Source: an uncultured Faecalibacterium sp. (GTDB lineage Bacteria; Bacillota; Clostridia; Oscillospirales; Acutalibacteraceae). Taken from it: DNA of 64,000 bases. The stretch lies in contig CAZTSC010000012.1 of the NCBI GenBank assembly GCA_964616655.1, positions 211 to 64,210 of the forward strand, written 5' to 3'. Every line of letters begins with the position of its first letter. Position 1 is the first letter of the stretch. Made by a program: the position numbers and the translations under genes. This document shows, piece after piece, positions 13,003 to 21,221 of this stretch. The notes beneath the pieces are model-generated. The model was not told where the DNA came from and did no database searches. It worked only from the letters and a program-made list of their open reading frames with translations.

Positions 13003-13869
13003 ATGAATATTGGATTTATCGGTCTCGGCATAATGGGCGAGAGTATGTGTGAGAATATAATAAAAAAACATGACGGTTCAGTTTTTTGCTTTGACATAAA
13101 TAAAACTCAGGTTAAAAAACTGGCTGCACTCGGTGCGACTGCCTGTGAAAGCTCTGTCGAGGTCACGCAAAACAGTGATGTTATTATTTCAATGGTGCCG
13201 AAGTCAGAACACGTTAAGGCGGTTTATTCCGAAATCTTGCCTTATATTACAACGGGTAAGATTTGCATTGACATGAGTACGATTGATCCATCGGTATCTG
13301 TCGAGGTAGCAAAAGAGATCAAAGCCAAGGGCGGTCAGTTCGCCGATGCGCCTGTAGTCAAATCAAAGCCTGCCGCAATAGCGGGAACTCTCGGTATACT
13401 TGTCGGTTGCGACAAAGAGCTTTTTGAACATATTGAGCCGATACTTAAATACATGGGTGAGAATGTTATCTATATGGGATCAAACGGCAAGGGCCTTGTA
13501 ATGAAAATCTGTCATAACACGCTTGTCGGTCAAATACAAAACGGTGTGAATGAAACCATGAATCTTGCCGTTAAAATGGGCATTGATATCGACTCCTATA
13601 CAGCGGCAATATCAGCAGGAGGCGGTCAATGTTTCTATCTTGACGGTCAGCACGAAAATCTCAAAAATGAGAACTGGACAACAGCATTTTCATTTGAAAA
13701 TATGTATAAAGACATATGTATTTGCGAAAGGCTTAGTAAAGAAGTCGGATATTCGATGCCGGGAATGGAAAACGTCAAGTCGGTCTATGATAAAGGCATT
13801 GAAAACGGTATAGGTAAAGAGGACTTCAGAGCAAGCTATAAAGTCGTCAGAGGGGATTATGATGCTTGA
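13003..13869 (+). CDS. NAD(P)-dependent 3-hydroxyisobutyrate-dehydrogenase-family oxidoreductase; candidate sulfolactaldehyde reductase
   Basis: Rossmann motif MNIGFIGLGIMG. 288 aa, HIBADH/YihU-like. Confidence 0.75.
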   Translation: MNIGFIGLGIMGESMCENIIKKHDGSVFCFDINKTQVKKLAALGATACESSVEVTQNSDVIISMVPKSEHVKAVYSEILPYITTGKICIDMSTIDPSVSVEVAKEIKAKGGQFADAPVVKSKPAAIAGTLGILVGCDKELFEHIEPILKYMGENVIYMGSNGKGLVMKICHNTLVGQIQNGVNETMNLAVKMGIDIDSYTAAISAGGGQCFYLDGQHENLKNENWTTAFSFENMYKDICICERLSKEVGYSMPGMENVKSVYDKGIENGIGKEDFRASYKVVRGDYDA

Positions 13870-14527
13870 AAGATTAAATAGAGCCAATGATGTGAAGATA
13901 CATTCCGTTTTTGATGATGCTTTTTTACCGTACGGGAAGGTGATATCGGACTTTGACTTTTCTTCGCTTGTTAAGATTTCCGAGGAAAAGACGGTTATAC
14001 CCGAAAGAGGAAACTATTATACTCCGTCATTTTCAGAGTTTGAGAGTGATCCGTGCTTTGCCGAAATACAAAATCGATATTATGGAGAAATGCCGATTCA
14101 GATAGGCTACTGTAACGGTCGTAACACAACATATAACGGCTTTGAATATCATAAAGGTTCTGAGATAAATATAGCCGTGACGGATTTTATGCTTGTCTTG
14201 GGCCATGTGTGGCAGATTAAGGATAACTGTTTCACTGTCGGTGATGAAAAGGTGTTCTATTTGCCTAAAAATACTGCCGTAGAAATGTATCAGACAACAT
14301 TACATCTTTCACCGTGCCGTGTATGCGATGAAGGCTATAAGGACATAGTTATACTTCCTTTAGGTACGAATACACCTCTTGAAAAAGAGAAAAGCGATTC
14401 AACGGGGGAAAACAGATTGCTGCTTATGAAAAACAAATGGGTGTTGTGTCACCCCGAAAGAGAGCCTCTAATGAAACAAGGTGCTTTTCCGGGGCTTATA
14501 GGTGAAAATAAGGAGTTGAAATATTAA
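13859..14527 (+). CDS. Conserved protein of unknown function, possibly DUF4867
   Basis: 222 aa with no catalytic motif I recognise. Overlaps the upstream gene by 11 nt and the downstream gene by 1 nt (TAATG), so it is part of the operon. Confidence 0.45.
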   Translation: MMLERLNRANDVKIHSVFDDAFLPYGKVISDFDFSSLVKISEEKTVIPERGNYYTPSFSEFESDPCFAEIQNRYYGEMPIQIGYCNGRNTTYNGFEYHKGSEINIAVTDFMLVLGHVWQIKDNCFTVGDEKVFYLPKNTAVEMYQTTLHLSPCRVCDEGYKDIVILPLGTNTPLEKEKSDSTGENRLLLMKNKWVLCHPEREPLMKQGAFPGLIGENKELKY

Positions 14528-15867
14528 TGAATGATCAAATAATTTATTTGCCGATAGGAGTGCCGACTTTCCATCTTGAAAGCGCACAGAATGAATTTGA
14601 AAAATCGGTCAAGCTCTTGAAAAAGATTGACGGAGATATAATAACTCCTGAAGATATGTTGCTTTCAACCGATAAGCTCATTGAATTTATCTCCGGTAAG
14701 CACCCCGTACTTGTTATAGTCCAAAATGTCACATTTGCCAATGGTGACTATATAGCCCAAGTTCTCAGAAAGTTTGATTGTCATGTTCTTCTTTGGACTT
14801 TGCGTGAGCCGGTTATAGACGGAACTCGACTTAGACTTAATTCTTTGACAGGTGCTTTTTCGGCGGCGAATATGCTGAAAAGTTTCGGCACTTCGTTCAC
14901 TTATGTTTTAGGCTCGCCTGAAGAAAAAGCAGTTGAGAACAAAATCGGTTCAACAGTCAGAGCAGTAAAACTCAGATCGGAATTAAAAAGGCTTAACTTG
15001 TTGCAGGTCGGTCATACTCCGTCAGGTTTCGGCTTCGGTCGGGCTTTAGACAGCGAGGTGATGACTGTTTTTGGATCAAATCTTATCTCGATAGAGGCTC
15101 GTGAACTGATAGAAGCAGCGAAAAGCATTTCCGATACAGAGGCTATGCCTTATGTCGAGAGAGCTAAAAAGTCAATTGCCTGTCTTGATACTATTCCCGA
15201 AAAAAACGTTCTTGATTTTGCACGTCTTTTTAAGGCTTATAACGAATACATAACACAAAATAATATCGGTGCGGTTTCAAGCCGTTGTTGGCCGGACTTT
15301 TTCACTTCTTTCGGTACACCCGTATGTGCTGTTTTGTCATTGCTCAATGATATTGGTGTCGCTGCTGCTTGTGAGGCGGATACTTATGGAGCTTTATCAA
15401 TGTTTATTGCTATGAAATTGACCGATTCTCCGGCATTTTTCGGTGATCCTGTTTCACTTGATGAAAACGAAAATACTATTACGTTTTGGCATTGCGGTAT
15501 GGCACCTTGCAGTCTTGCCCGATGGGACACGGGGGCTATGGTCGGAGTTCACTGCAACAGAAAAATCGGCCCGACTCTTGATTTCGGTTGTAAATCTCAG
15601 CCTAAAGTTACGATTATCCGTGTCGGAAAGTCGGCATCGGGTGAGTTTAGAATTTTTCTTGCCGGAGGCAAAGCTCTTGATAAACCGAAGCAGTTTAACG
15701 GTACGAGTATAGTTATTGAAACAGACGGTGATGCTCGCAACATTGTTGAAAGAGCTGTTAGTGATGGCTGGGAACCGCATTTTGCCGTTGCAATGGGTGA
15801 TATAAAGTCAGAAGTTAAAATACTTGCCGATATGCTTTCAATCAAAGCGGAGGACTTCGATGTCTAA
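14527..15867 (+). CDS. L-fucose/L-arabinose-isomerase-like sugar isomerase; candidate sulfoquinovose isomerase
   Basis: 446 aa, soluble. N-terminal flavodoxin-like layout and overall resemblance to the fucose-isomerase-like family. It is the only isomerase candidate in the operon. Confidence 0.5.
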   Translation: MNDQIIYLPIGVPTFHLESAQNEFEKSVKLLKKIDGDIITPEDMLLSTDKLIEFISGKHPVLVIVQNVTFANGDYIAQVLRKFDCHVLLWTLREPVIDGTRLRLNSLTGAFSAANMLKSFGTSFTYVLGSPEEKAVENKIGSTVRAVKLRSELKRLNLLQVGHTPSGFGFGRALDSEVMTVFGSNLISIEARELIEAAKSISDTEAMPYVERAKKSIACLDTIPEKNVLDFARLFKAYNEYITQNNIGAVSSRCWPDFFTSFGTPVCAVLSLLNDIGVAAACEADTYGALSMFIAMKLTDSPAFFGDPVSLDENENTITFWHCGMAPCSLARWDTGAMVGVHCNRKIGPTLDFGCKSQPKVTIIRVGKSASGEFRIFLAGGKALDKPKQFNGTSIVIETDGDARNIVERAVSDGWEPHFAVAMGDIKSEVKILADMLSIKAEDFDV

Positions 15868-16588
15868 AGTTTTGTTTCTTTTAGTGGTTTTTCTGTCAAA
15901 TATTATTCAATGTGTGACAGGATTTGCCGGAACAGTTCTTGCTATGCCGTTTTCAATAATGCTTGTCGGATACAGGGTAGCAAAGCCGATACTTAATGTT
16001 TTGGGGATTGCCGCATCTGTTGGTGTGGTCGCAACAAATCATAAGAGTTTGAATAAGAGAGAATTTATTAAGATTGTTTCAATAATGTTGTCGGGTATAC
16101 TCGTTGGAGTTTTTATATCAGAACACTTTATGCAATATTCTGAAATACTCTATTTTATTTTGGGGATAACGGTTATAACTATCTCCATTATAAACATGAT
16201 AAAATTTTTCTCTAAGAATCATGATAAAGAACCACCGGAGGCGGTTTCGATAATTTTGCTTATTCTTTCAGGACTTATTCACGGTGTGTTTGATTGCGGA
16301 GGGCCATTGCTTGTTGCTTATGCATCGGCAAAGATAAAGGATTCGGATGAACTTCGGTCTACACTGTCGGCTGTTTGGATAATTTTGAATACGGTGATTC
16401 TTTTCTCGGATATACATGAAGGATATTTTGTCAGCCAAACGCTTAGACTTACTTTGTTATGTATTGCGGTGCTGGTTTTTGCAGTGATTATCGGAAATAT
16501 TGTCAGTAAAAAACTTAGCCGAAATGCGTTTTTGATATTAACATACATTCTTATGCTTATAAGCGGAGTTTCGCTCATTTTTAAGTAA
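15860..16588 (+). CDS. TauE/SafE family anion exporter (sulfonate/sulfite-type permease)
   Basis: Polytopic, ~242 aa. The ATG at 15860 overlaps the upstream stop (gATGTCTAA); the ORF-track start at 15824 is an upstream extension. Confidence 0.65.
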   Translation: MSKVLFLLVVFLSNIIQCVTGFAGTVLAMPFSIMLVGYRVAKPILNVLGIAASVGVVATNHKSLNKREFIKIVSIMLSGILVGVFISEHFMQYSEILYFILGITVITISIINMIKFFSKNHDKEPPEAVSIILLILSGLIHGVFDCGGPLLVAYASAKIKDSDELRSTLSAVWIILNTVILFSDIHEGYFVSQTLRLTLLCIAVLVFAVIIGNIVSKKLSRNAFLILTYILMLISGVSLIFK

Positions 16589-16642
16589 GTCGGTGGTTTC
16601 AGCAGCTTTCCGGATTTGTCTAAAATTGAATTTCAGCAGTAG

Positions 16643-16715
16643 GGCGTGAGCTTGGCACACCCACCCGGCTTCGCCGTGTGGGAGTACACACGCTCACGCC
16701 GCCCGCTTCGCGGGC
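16643..16715 (+). repeat. GC-rich composite hairpin repeat, copy A
   Basis: GGCGTGAGC-TTGGCAC-[aCCCAC..GTGGGag]-TACACAC-GCTCACGCC, then GCCCGC-TTC-GCGGGC. Sits between the TauE stop and the RBS of the ROK gene. Confidence 0.8.
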
Positions 16716-16729
16716 TACAAGGAGAACAC

Positions 16730-17842
16730 ATGGAAAAAAGTGGATTGAACCTTCAAACTCTAAGAAATAAAAATAAAAGCCTGATACTCTATGAACTTAA
16801 TTCAAATGGTGAAATGAGCCGCAAAGAGCTTTCGGCAAGATTGTCACTGACTCCGGCGGCAGTGACAAAGATTTGTGCGGAGCTTATTGAGGAAGGGCTT
16901 ATATCTCAGCATGGTGAGATTGAAAACTCCGGCAGAAGCGGAAGAAAAGAGATTTTGCTTTCGCTGAGACTTTCAGACAAGTTTACGTTTGGAATCAATG
17001 CCGAACGTAACTGCGTGACATATAGTGTTTGTGATTTGTCAGGAAAACTATATTTTTCTGAGGTACATGAGCTTATGCAAAACGTTGAAACTGTTATCGA
17101 AGTCGGAAAACGGTTCATGTCGTGTGTACCTGAAAATATAAGACAAAAAATTATCGCAATGGGTGTATGCGTGATAGGAAATGTCGGAGACACACGTTTC
17201 GGTGTGTGGCAAGACAGCAATATTCGTGAAAAATTTGAGGCAAGTTTCGGACTGGAATGTGTTATCGAAAACAATGTCAAGGCTTTTGCTCTTGCCGAAC
17301 TTATATATGGCAATGTTCCTCATGGTGATGCTGTGCTATATTTCAAGTGGGGACCGGGTGTCGGTTCTGCTTTTTCATCGGGTGGCAGCGTTCTTTCAGG
17401 TGGCGACAGCGGTGTGGCTGAGATTGGACATTATATTGTTGATCCCGGAGGAGAAAAATGCCGATGCGGAAGATATGGCTGTCTTGAAACGGTTGCATCG
17501 GAAAATGCAATAATTAAAGCGGCCGGAGATAATTATAGTTTTGAACAGATAGCAGCAAGCGAAACATCGGAATTTTCAGTGCTGCTTGATCATAAAATTG
17601 ACACTGTTGCACTTGCTCTTGTGAACACAGCGACTATACTTAATGCGAAAAAAATTGTCCTTTTCGGTTCGATATTTGCTTATGAAAATATCAAGAGAAA
17701 ACTTATTAAACAGTGCTTAAGATATGATCCTAACCTTAAAGAGAGAATTATAAAAGAATCTGATTTGAATGAAAAAAATGGTTATATAGGCACTGTTGCC
17801 GTCTGTGCGGAGAAGTTCTTTTTTGAAAGAGATAATGCCTAA
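16730..17842 (+). CDS. ROK family transcriptional regulator
   Basis: The start at 16730 is preceded by AAGGAG; the ORF-track start at 16646 reads through repeat A. N-terminal wHTH (MSRKELSARLSLTPAAVTKICAELIEEGLI) and the ROK zinc motif CRCGRYGCLE. Confidence 0.85.
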   Translation: MEKSGLNLQTLRNKNKSLILYELNSNGEMSRKELSARLSLTPAAVTKICAELIEEGLISQHGEIENSGRSGRKEILLSLRLSDKFTFGINAERNCVTYSVCDLSGKLYFSEVHELMQNVETVIEVGKRFMSCVPENIRQKIIAMGVCVIGNVGDTRFGVWQDSNIREKFEASFGLECVIENNVKAFALAELIYGNVPHGDAVLYFKWGPGVGSAFSSGGSVLSGGDSGVAEIGHYIVDPGGEKCRCGRYGCLETVASENAIIKAAGDNYSFEQIAASETSEFSVLLDHKIDTVALALVNTATILNAKKIVLFGSIFAYENIKRKLIKQCLRYDPNLKERIIKESDLNEKNGYIGTVAVCAEKFFFERDNA

Positions 17843-17932
17843 AAAATGCACATTTTATCGCTTTAAAGCACGATTGTAATTGTGTAGTTTTAACAAAGTC
17901 GCTTTAAAGTGATAAAAAGTTTGAAAAAATCG

Positions 17933-17961
17933 TTGACAAACCTATTTTGCGGTGATATACT
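17933..17961 (+). promoter_or_regulatory. Consensus-like promoter of the ABC transporter leader
   Basis: TTGACA (17933-17938), 17 nt, TATACT (17956-17961), with TG at 17953-17954. Confidence 0.65.
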
Positions 17962-17993
17962 TTGGTCAAATTTCAGAGAGGAGACAAGCGAAT

Positions 17994-18101
17994 ATGAACT
18001 CGATCCGTTTTGCACAGGCATATCGATTTTATTACTTTTACTTTTTTACCGATAAAAAAGTGAAAGTGATTTGTGATGCCCACAAACGGAATGAAGCTTA
18101 A
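17994..18101 (+). CDS. Candidate 35-aa leader peptide rich in Tyr and Phe
   Basis: ATG 11 nt after GAGGAG. Translates to MNSIRFAQAYRFYYFYFFTDKKVKVICDAHKRNEA. Lies between the promoter and a strong terminator. Confidence 0.3.
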   Translation: MNSIRFAQAYRFYYFYFFTDKKVKVICDAHKRNEA

Positions 18102-18146
18102 TACAATGCTTGATCTTATTTCTGGATAACAGGATTGTGATAAGAA

Positions 18147-18190
18147 AATGCCGTATGGACCGCAAGTCCGTACGGCATTATTTATTTTAT
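18147..18190 (+). terminator. Leader terminator/attenuator upstream of the ABC transporter
   Basis: aatgccgtatggac-cgcaa-gtccgtacggcatt (14-bp stem with one G-U pair), then tatttatttt. It sits 65 nt before the SBP start codon. Confidence 0.7.
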
Positions 18191-18254
18191 CCCGATGCGG
18201 CTGCGTACCTACAGCACAATCCCGAAAAAATTATTTTTTTGGAGGTAACTCAAA

Positions 18255-19226
18255 ATGAAAAACCATCGTAAACTCACAGCCGCTGTGGTAGCGGTCACAC
18301 TCGTAATCACCATGCTTGCAATTTTGACAGGTTGCCAAGGTAACGAAAGCAAAGTCTATAACATAGGAATTTGCCAACTTGTTCAGCATGAAGCTCTTGA
18401 TGCCGCAACAGACGGTTTCAAAAAAGCTCTTATCGACACACTCGGCGAAGAAAATGTCAACTTCGATACTCAGAATGCACAAGGCGATCCGAACACCTGT
18501 TCAACCATAGTCAACTCATTCGTAACGAAAAAAGTTGATCTCATCATGTCTAACGGAACGGCAGCTCTCCAGGCGGCATACAACGCAACGCAGACAATAC
18601 CCATTCTCGGAACTTCAATCACCGAATATGGTGCAGCTCTTAAGATTAATAACTTCAGCGGAACTGTCGGCGGCAACGTTTCAGGTACATCTGACCTTGC
18701 ACCTTTGACCGAACAAGCAGATATGATAACTGAACTTGTTCCCGATGCAAAGACAATAGGACTTCTCTACTGTTCAGCTGAGGATAACTCACAGTATCAG
18801 ATAGATGTAGTAGAAAAATACCTCACTTCAAAGGGACTTAAGTGTGTGCGCTATTCATTCAGCGACTCAAACGATGTTGCATCGGTAACAACAAAGGCTG
18901 CGGCTGACAGTGATGTTATTTATATTCCCACTGACAACACAGCAGCATCATGTGTCGAGACTATCGGCAATATAGTTAAATCTGCTAAAACACCTGTAAT
19001 TGCCGGCGAAGGCGGAATTTGCAAAGGTTGCGGCATTGCAACTCTCTCAATCAGCTACTATGATCTCGGATACAAAACCGGTGAAATGGCAGCGAAGATC
19101 CTCAAGGGCGAAGCAAACATATCAGAGATGCCAATAGAATATGTCAGTGCTGTTAAGAAATACAATCCGACTATTTGTGAGGAGTTAGGTATTGCTGCTC
19201 CGGAGGGATACGAAGCATTAAGCTAA
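18255..19226 (+). CDS. ABC transporter substrate-binding lipoprotein (PF04392 / TrpX-like family)
   Basis: Lipobox LTGC after the signal peptide. YNIGICQLVQHEALD is typical of this ABC_sub_bind family. Confidence 0.75.
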   Translation: MKNHRKLTAAVVAVTLVITMLAILTGCQGNESKVYNIGICQLVQHEALDAATDGFKKALIDTLGEENVNFDTQNAQGDPNTCSTIVNSFVTKKVDLIMSNGTAALQAAYNATQTIPILGTSITEYGAALKINNFSGTVGGNVSGTSDLAPLTEQADMITELVPDAKTIGLLYCSAEDNSQYQIDVVEKYLTSKGLKCVRYSFSDSNDVASVTTKAAADSDVIYIPTDNTAASCVETIGNIVKSAKTPVIAGEGGICKGCGIATLSISYYDLGYKTGEMAAKILKGEANISEMPIEYVSAVKKYNPTICEELGIAAPEGYEALS

Positions 19227-19295
19227 GTTAAAATATTAAGCCGTAATGACGGATTTCCGTCATTACGGAGTGAAAATTAAGGATAGGTGTAACAT

Positions 19296-20219
19296 ATGAT
19301 AGGACTAATTTCAGCATTACCCGGAGCAGTTGCTCAAGGGCTAATATGGGGCATAGCTGCGATAGGCGTATATTTAACTTACAGAATACTCGACATAGCT
19401 GATCTCACAGTTGACGGTACGATTTGCACAGGTGCAGCAGTATGCACTATGATGATACTTGCCGGTTGCAATCCGATATTATCAATTATTGTTGCGGTTA
19501 TAGCAGGTGCAATTGCGGGAACTGTCACAGGTTTGCTTTATATCGTACTCGGCATACCTGCTATTCTTTCGGGAATACTTACCCAGATGATTTTGTGGTC
19601 GGTCAACCTGAAAATATTAGGTACGTCAAACCAAGCACTCTCGGCAAGGAATAATTCAGTTATTTTGACTCAGATGAATATTCCGACAGCCATAATTGTT
19701 CTTGCGATAATTGCAGCGGTTGTTATAGCTTTGCTTTATATGTTTTTCGGCACGGAGATTGGTTGTTCAATAAGAGCAACAGGTTCAAATGAAGTTATGA
19801 GCCGTGCGCAGGGAATAAACACGAATATGACAAAAATAATCGGACTTGCACTTTCAAATGCAATGGTTGCTCTTTCAGGTGCATTGCTTTGTCAATATCA
19901 GGGTTTCACGGATATCAATATGGGCAGGGGAGCCGTTGTTATCGGTCTTGCCGCTGTTGTTATCGGTGAGGCAATAGTTAAGAGAATATCGACAAACTTT
20001 GCTGTCCGTCTTACAGGTGTTGCAGTTGGAGCAATAGTCTACTATATAGTATATCAGGTTATCATCTTCCTTGGTGTTGATACAGACCTTCTGAAGATGC
20101 TGTCAGCTTTTGTTGTCGCCGTATTCCTCGGTGTACCTTATATCAAAAATAAAGTTCAGGCATCACATAAGGTTGCTAAAAACACAAAAAAGCCGAAAGG
20201 AGAGATAAAAAATGCTTGA
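19296..20219 (+). CDS. ABC transporter permease
   Basis: Polytopic membrane protein downstream of the SBP gene. Confidence 0.8.
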   Translation: MIGLISALPGAVAQGLIWGIAAIGVYLTYRILDIADLTVDGTICTGAAVCTMMILAGCNPILSIIVAVIAGAIAGTVTGLLYIVLGIPAILSGILTQMILWSVNLKILGTSNQALSARNNSVILTQMNIPTAIIVLAIIAAVVIALLYMFFGTEIGCSIRATGSNEVMSRAQGINTNMTKIIGLALSNAMVALSGALLCQYQGFTDINMGRGAVVIGLAAVVIGEAIVKRISTNFAVRLTGVAVGAIVYYIVYQVIIFLGVDTDLLKMLSAFVVAVFLGVPYIKNKVQASHKVAKNTKKPKGEIKNA

Positions 20220-21006
20220 AATGCATAATGTGTCAAAAGTGTTCAATCCGGGAACAATTGACGAAAAGGTTGCACTTGACGGTTTATCACTCACAATAAA
20301 TGACGGCGATTTTGTCACTGTCATCGGCGGAAACGGTGCGGGCAAAAGCACCATGCTCAACGCTATTTGCGGTGCTTGGTTGCCGGATTCGGGAACTATA
20401 AGCCTTGACGGAATAGAGGTCACATCACTTCCTGAACACAAAAGAGCAAAATATCTCGGCAGAGTTTATCAAGATCCCATGATGGGAACAGCAGCAGGTA
20501 TGCAGATAGAAGAAAATCTCGCTCTTGCCGTCAGACGTGGAAAACGCCGCACTCTAAGACCGGGTATTTTGAAAAGTGAACGTGAGGACTACAAAAAAAG
20601 ACTCAAAGAATTGGGACTCGGTCTTGAAGAAAGACTTTCCGCTAAGGTTGGAACTCTCTCCGGCGGACAAAGGCAGGCATTGACACTTCTTATGGCGACT
20701 CTCCAAAAGCCGAAACTGCTTTTACTTGATGAACACACAGCGGCACTTGATCCTAAAACAGCCGCAAAGGTTATGGAAATAACCGATAAAATTGTCAAGG
20801 AAAACAATCTAATGACGCTTATGATCACACATAATATGCGTGATGCCATAAAATACGGAAACAGACTTATTATGCTCCATGAGGGAAAAATCGTTGTTGA
20901 TGTATCAGGTGAGGATAAGAAGAAACTTACCGTACCGGATCTTTTGGAAATGTTTACAAAAGCTTGCGGAAATGAATTTGCAAACGACAGAGCTATACTT
21001 TCATAA
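20212..21006 (+). CDS. ABC transporter ATP-binding protein
   Basis: Walker A GGNGAGKST, signature LSGGQRQ, Walker B LLLLDE. Confidence 0.9.
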   Translation: MLEMHNVSKVFNPGTIDEKVALDGLSLTINDGDFVTVIGGNGAGKSTMLNAICGAWLPDSGTISLDGIEVTSLPEHKRAKYLGRVYQDPMMGTAAGMQIEENLALAVRRGKRRTLRPGILKSEREDYKKRLKELGLGLEERLSAKVGTLSGGQRQALTLLMATLQKPKLLLLDEHTAALDPKTAAKVMEITDKIVKENNLMTLMITHNMRDAIKYGNRLIMLHEGKIVVDVSGEDKKKLTVPDLLEMFTKACGNEFANDRAILS

Positions 21007-21040
21007 AGCCTATCATATGTCAGAACTTATCTGACTTAAA

Positions 21041-21137
21041 GCGGCGGCGTAATGCCGCCGCAACACCGGAAAATTTTCTTTTCATTACAATTCTATATAA
21101 TGTCGCCGCATCGGAATTTATCCTTTGCGGCGACATT
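21041..21137. terminator. Two GC-rich hairpins downstream of the ABC operon
   Basis: gcggcggc-gtaat-gccgccgc (21041-21061) and aatgtcgccgc...gcggcgacatt (21099-21137). Neither is followed directly by a clean U-tract. Confidence 0.4.
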
Positions 21138-21176
21138 GATCTTTCAATATTGGTGATGCTTAGTTTCATTAAAAAT

Positions 21177-21210
21177 TTCACGGTACGAACAAGCTTATTC
21201 GTACCGTGAA
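21177..21210 (-). terminator. trpB2 terminator
   Basis: 13-bp perfect stem ttcacggtacgaa/ttcgtaccgtgaa, followed on the minus strand by atttttaat. Confidence 0.8.
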
Positions 21211-21221
21211 AATATTTAACT

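Noticed and set aside
16652-16658. TTGGCAC blocks of the repeats read as sigma-54 -24 elements (TGGCAC-N5-TTGC)
   Set aside because: The expected GC of a -12 element is not at a consistent spacing in any copy. No enhancer-binding protein lies in the window, and several copies do not face a gene.
16646-16729. N-terminal extension of the ROK regulator ORF (MSLAHPPGFAVWEYTRSRRPLRGLQGEH...)
   Set aside because: The extension is simply a translation of repeat copy A. A good AAGGAG RBS precedes the ATG at 16730, and the wHTH domain starts there.
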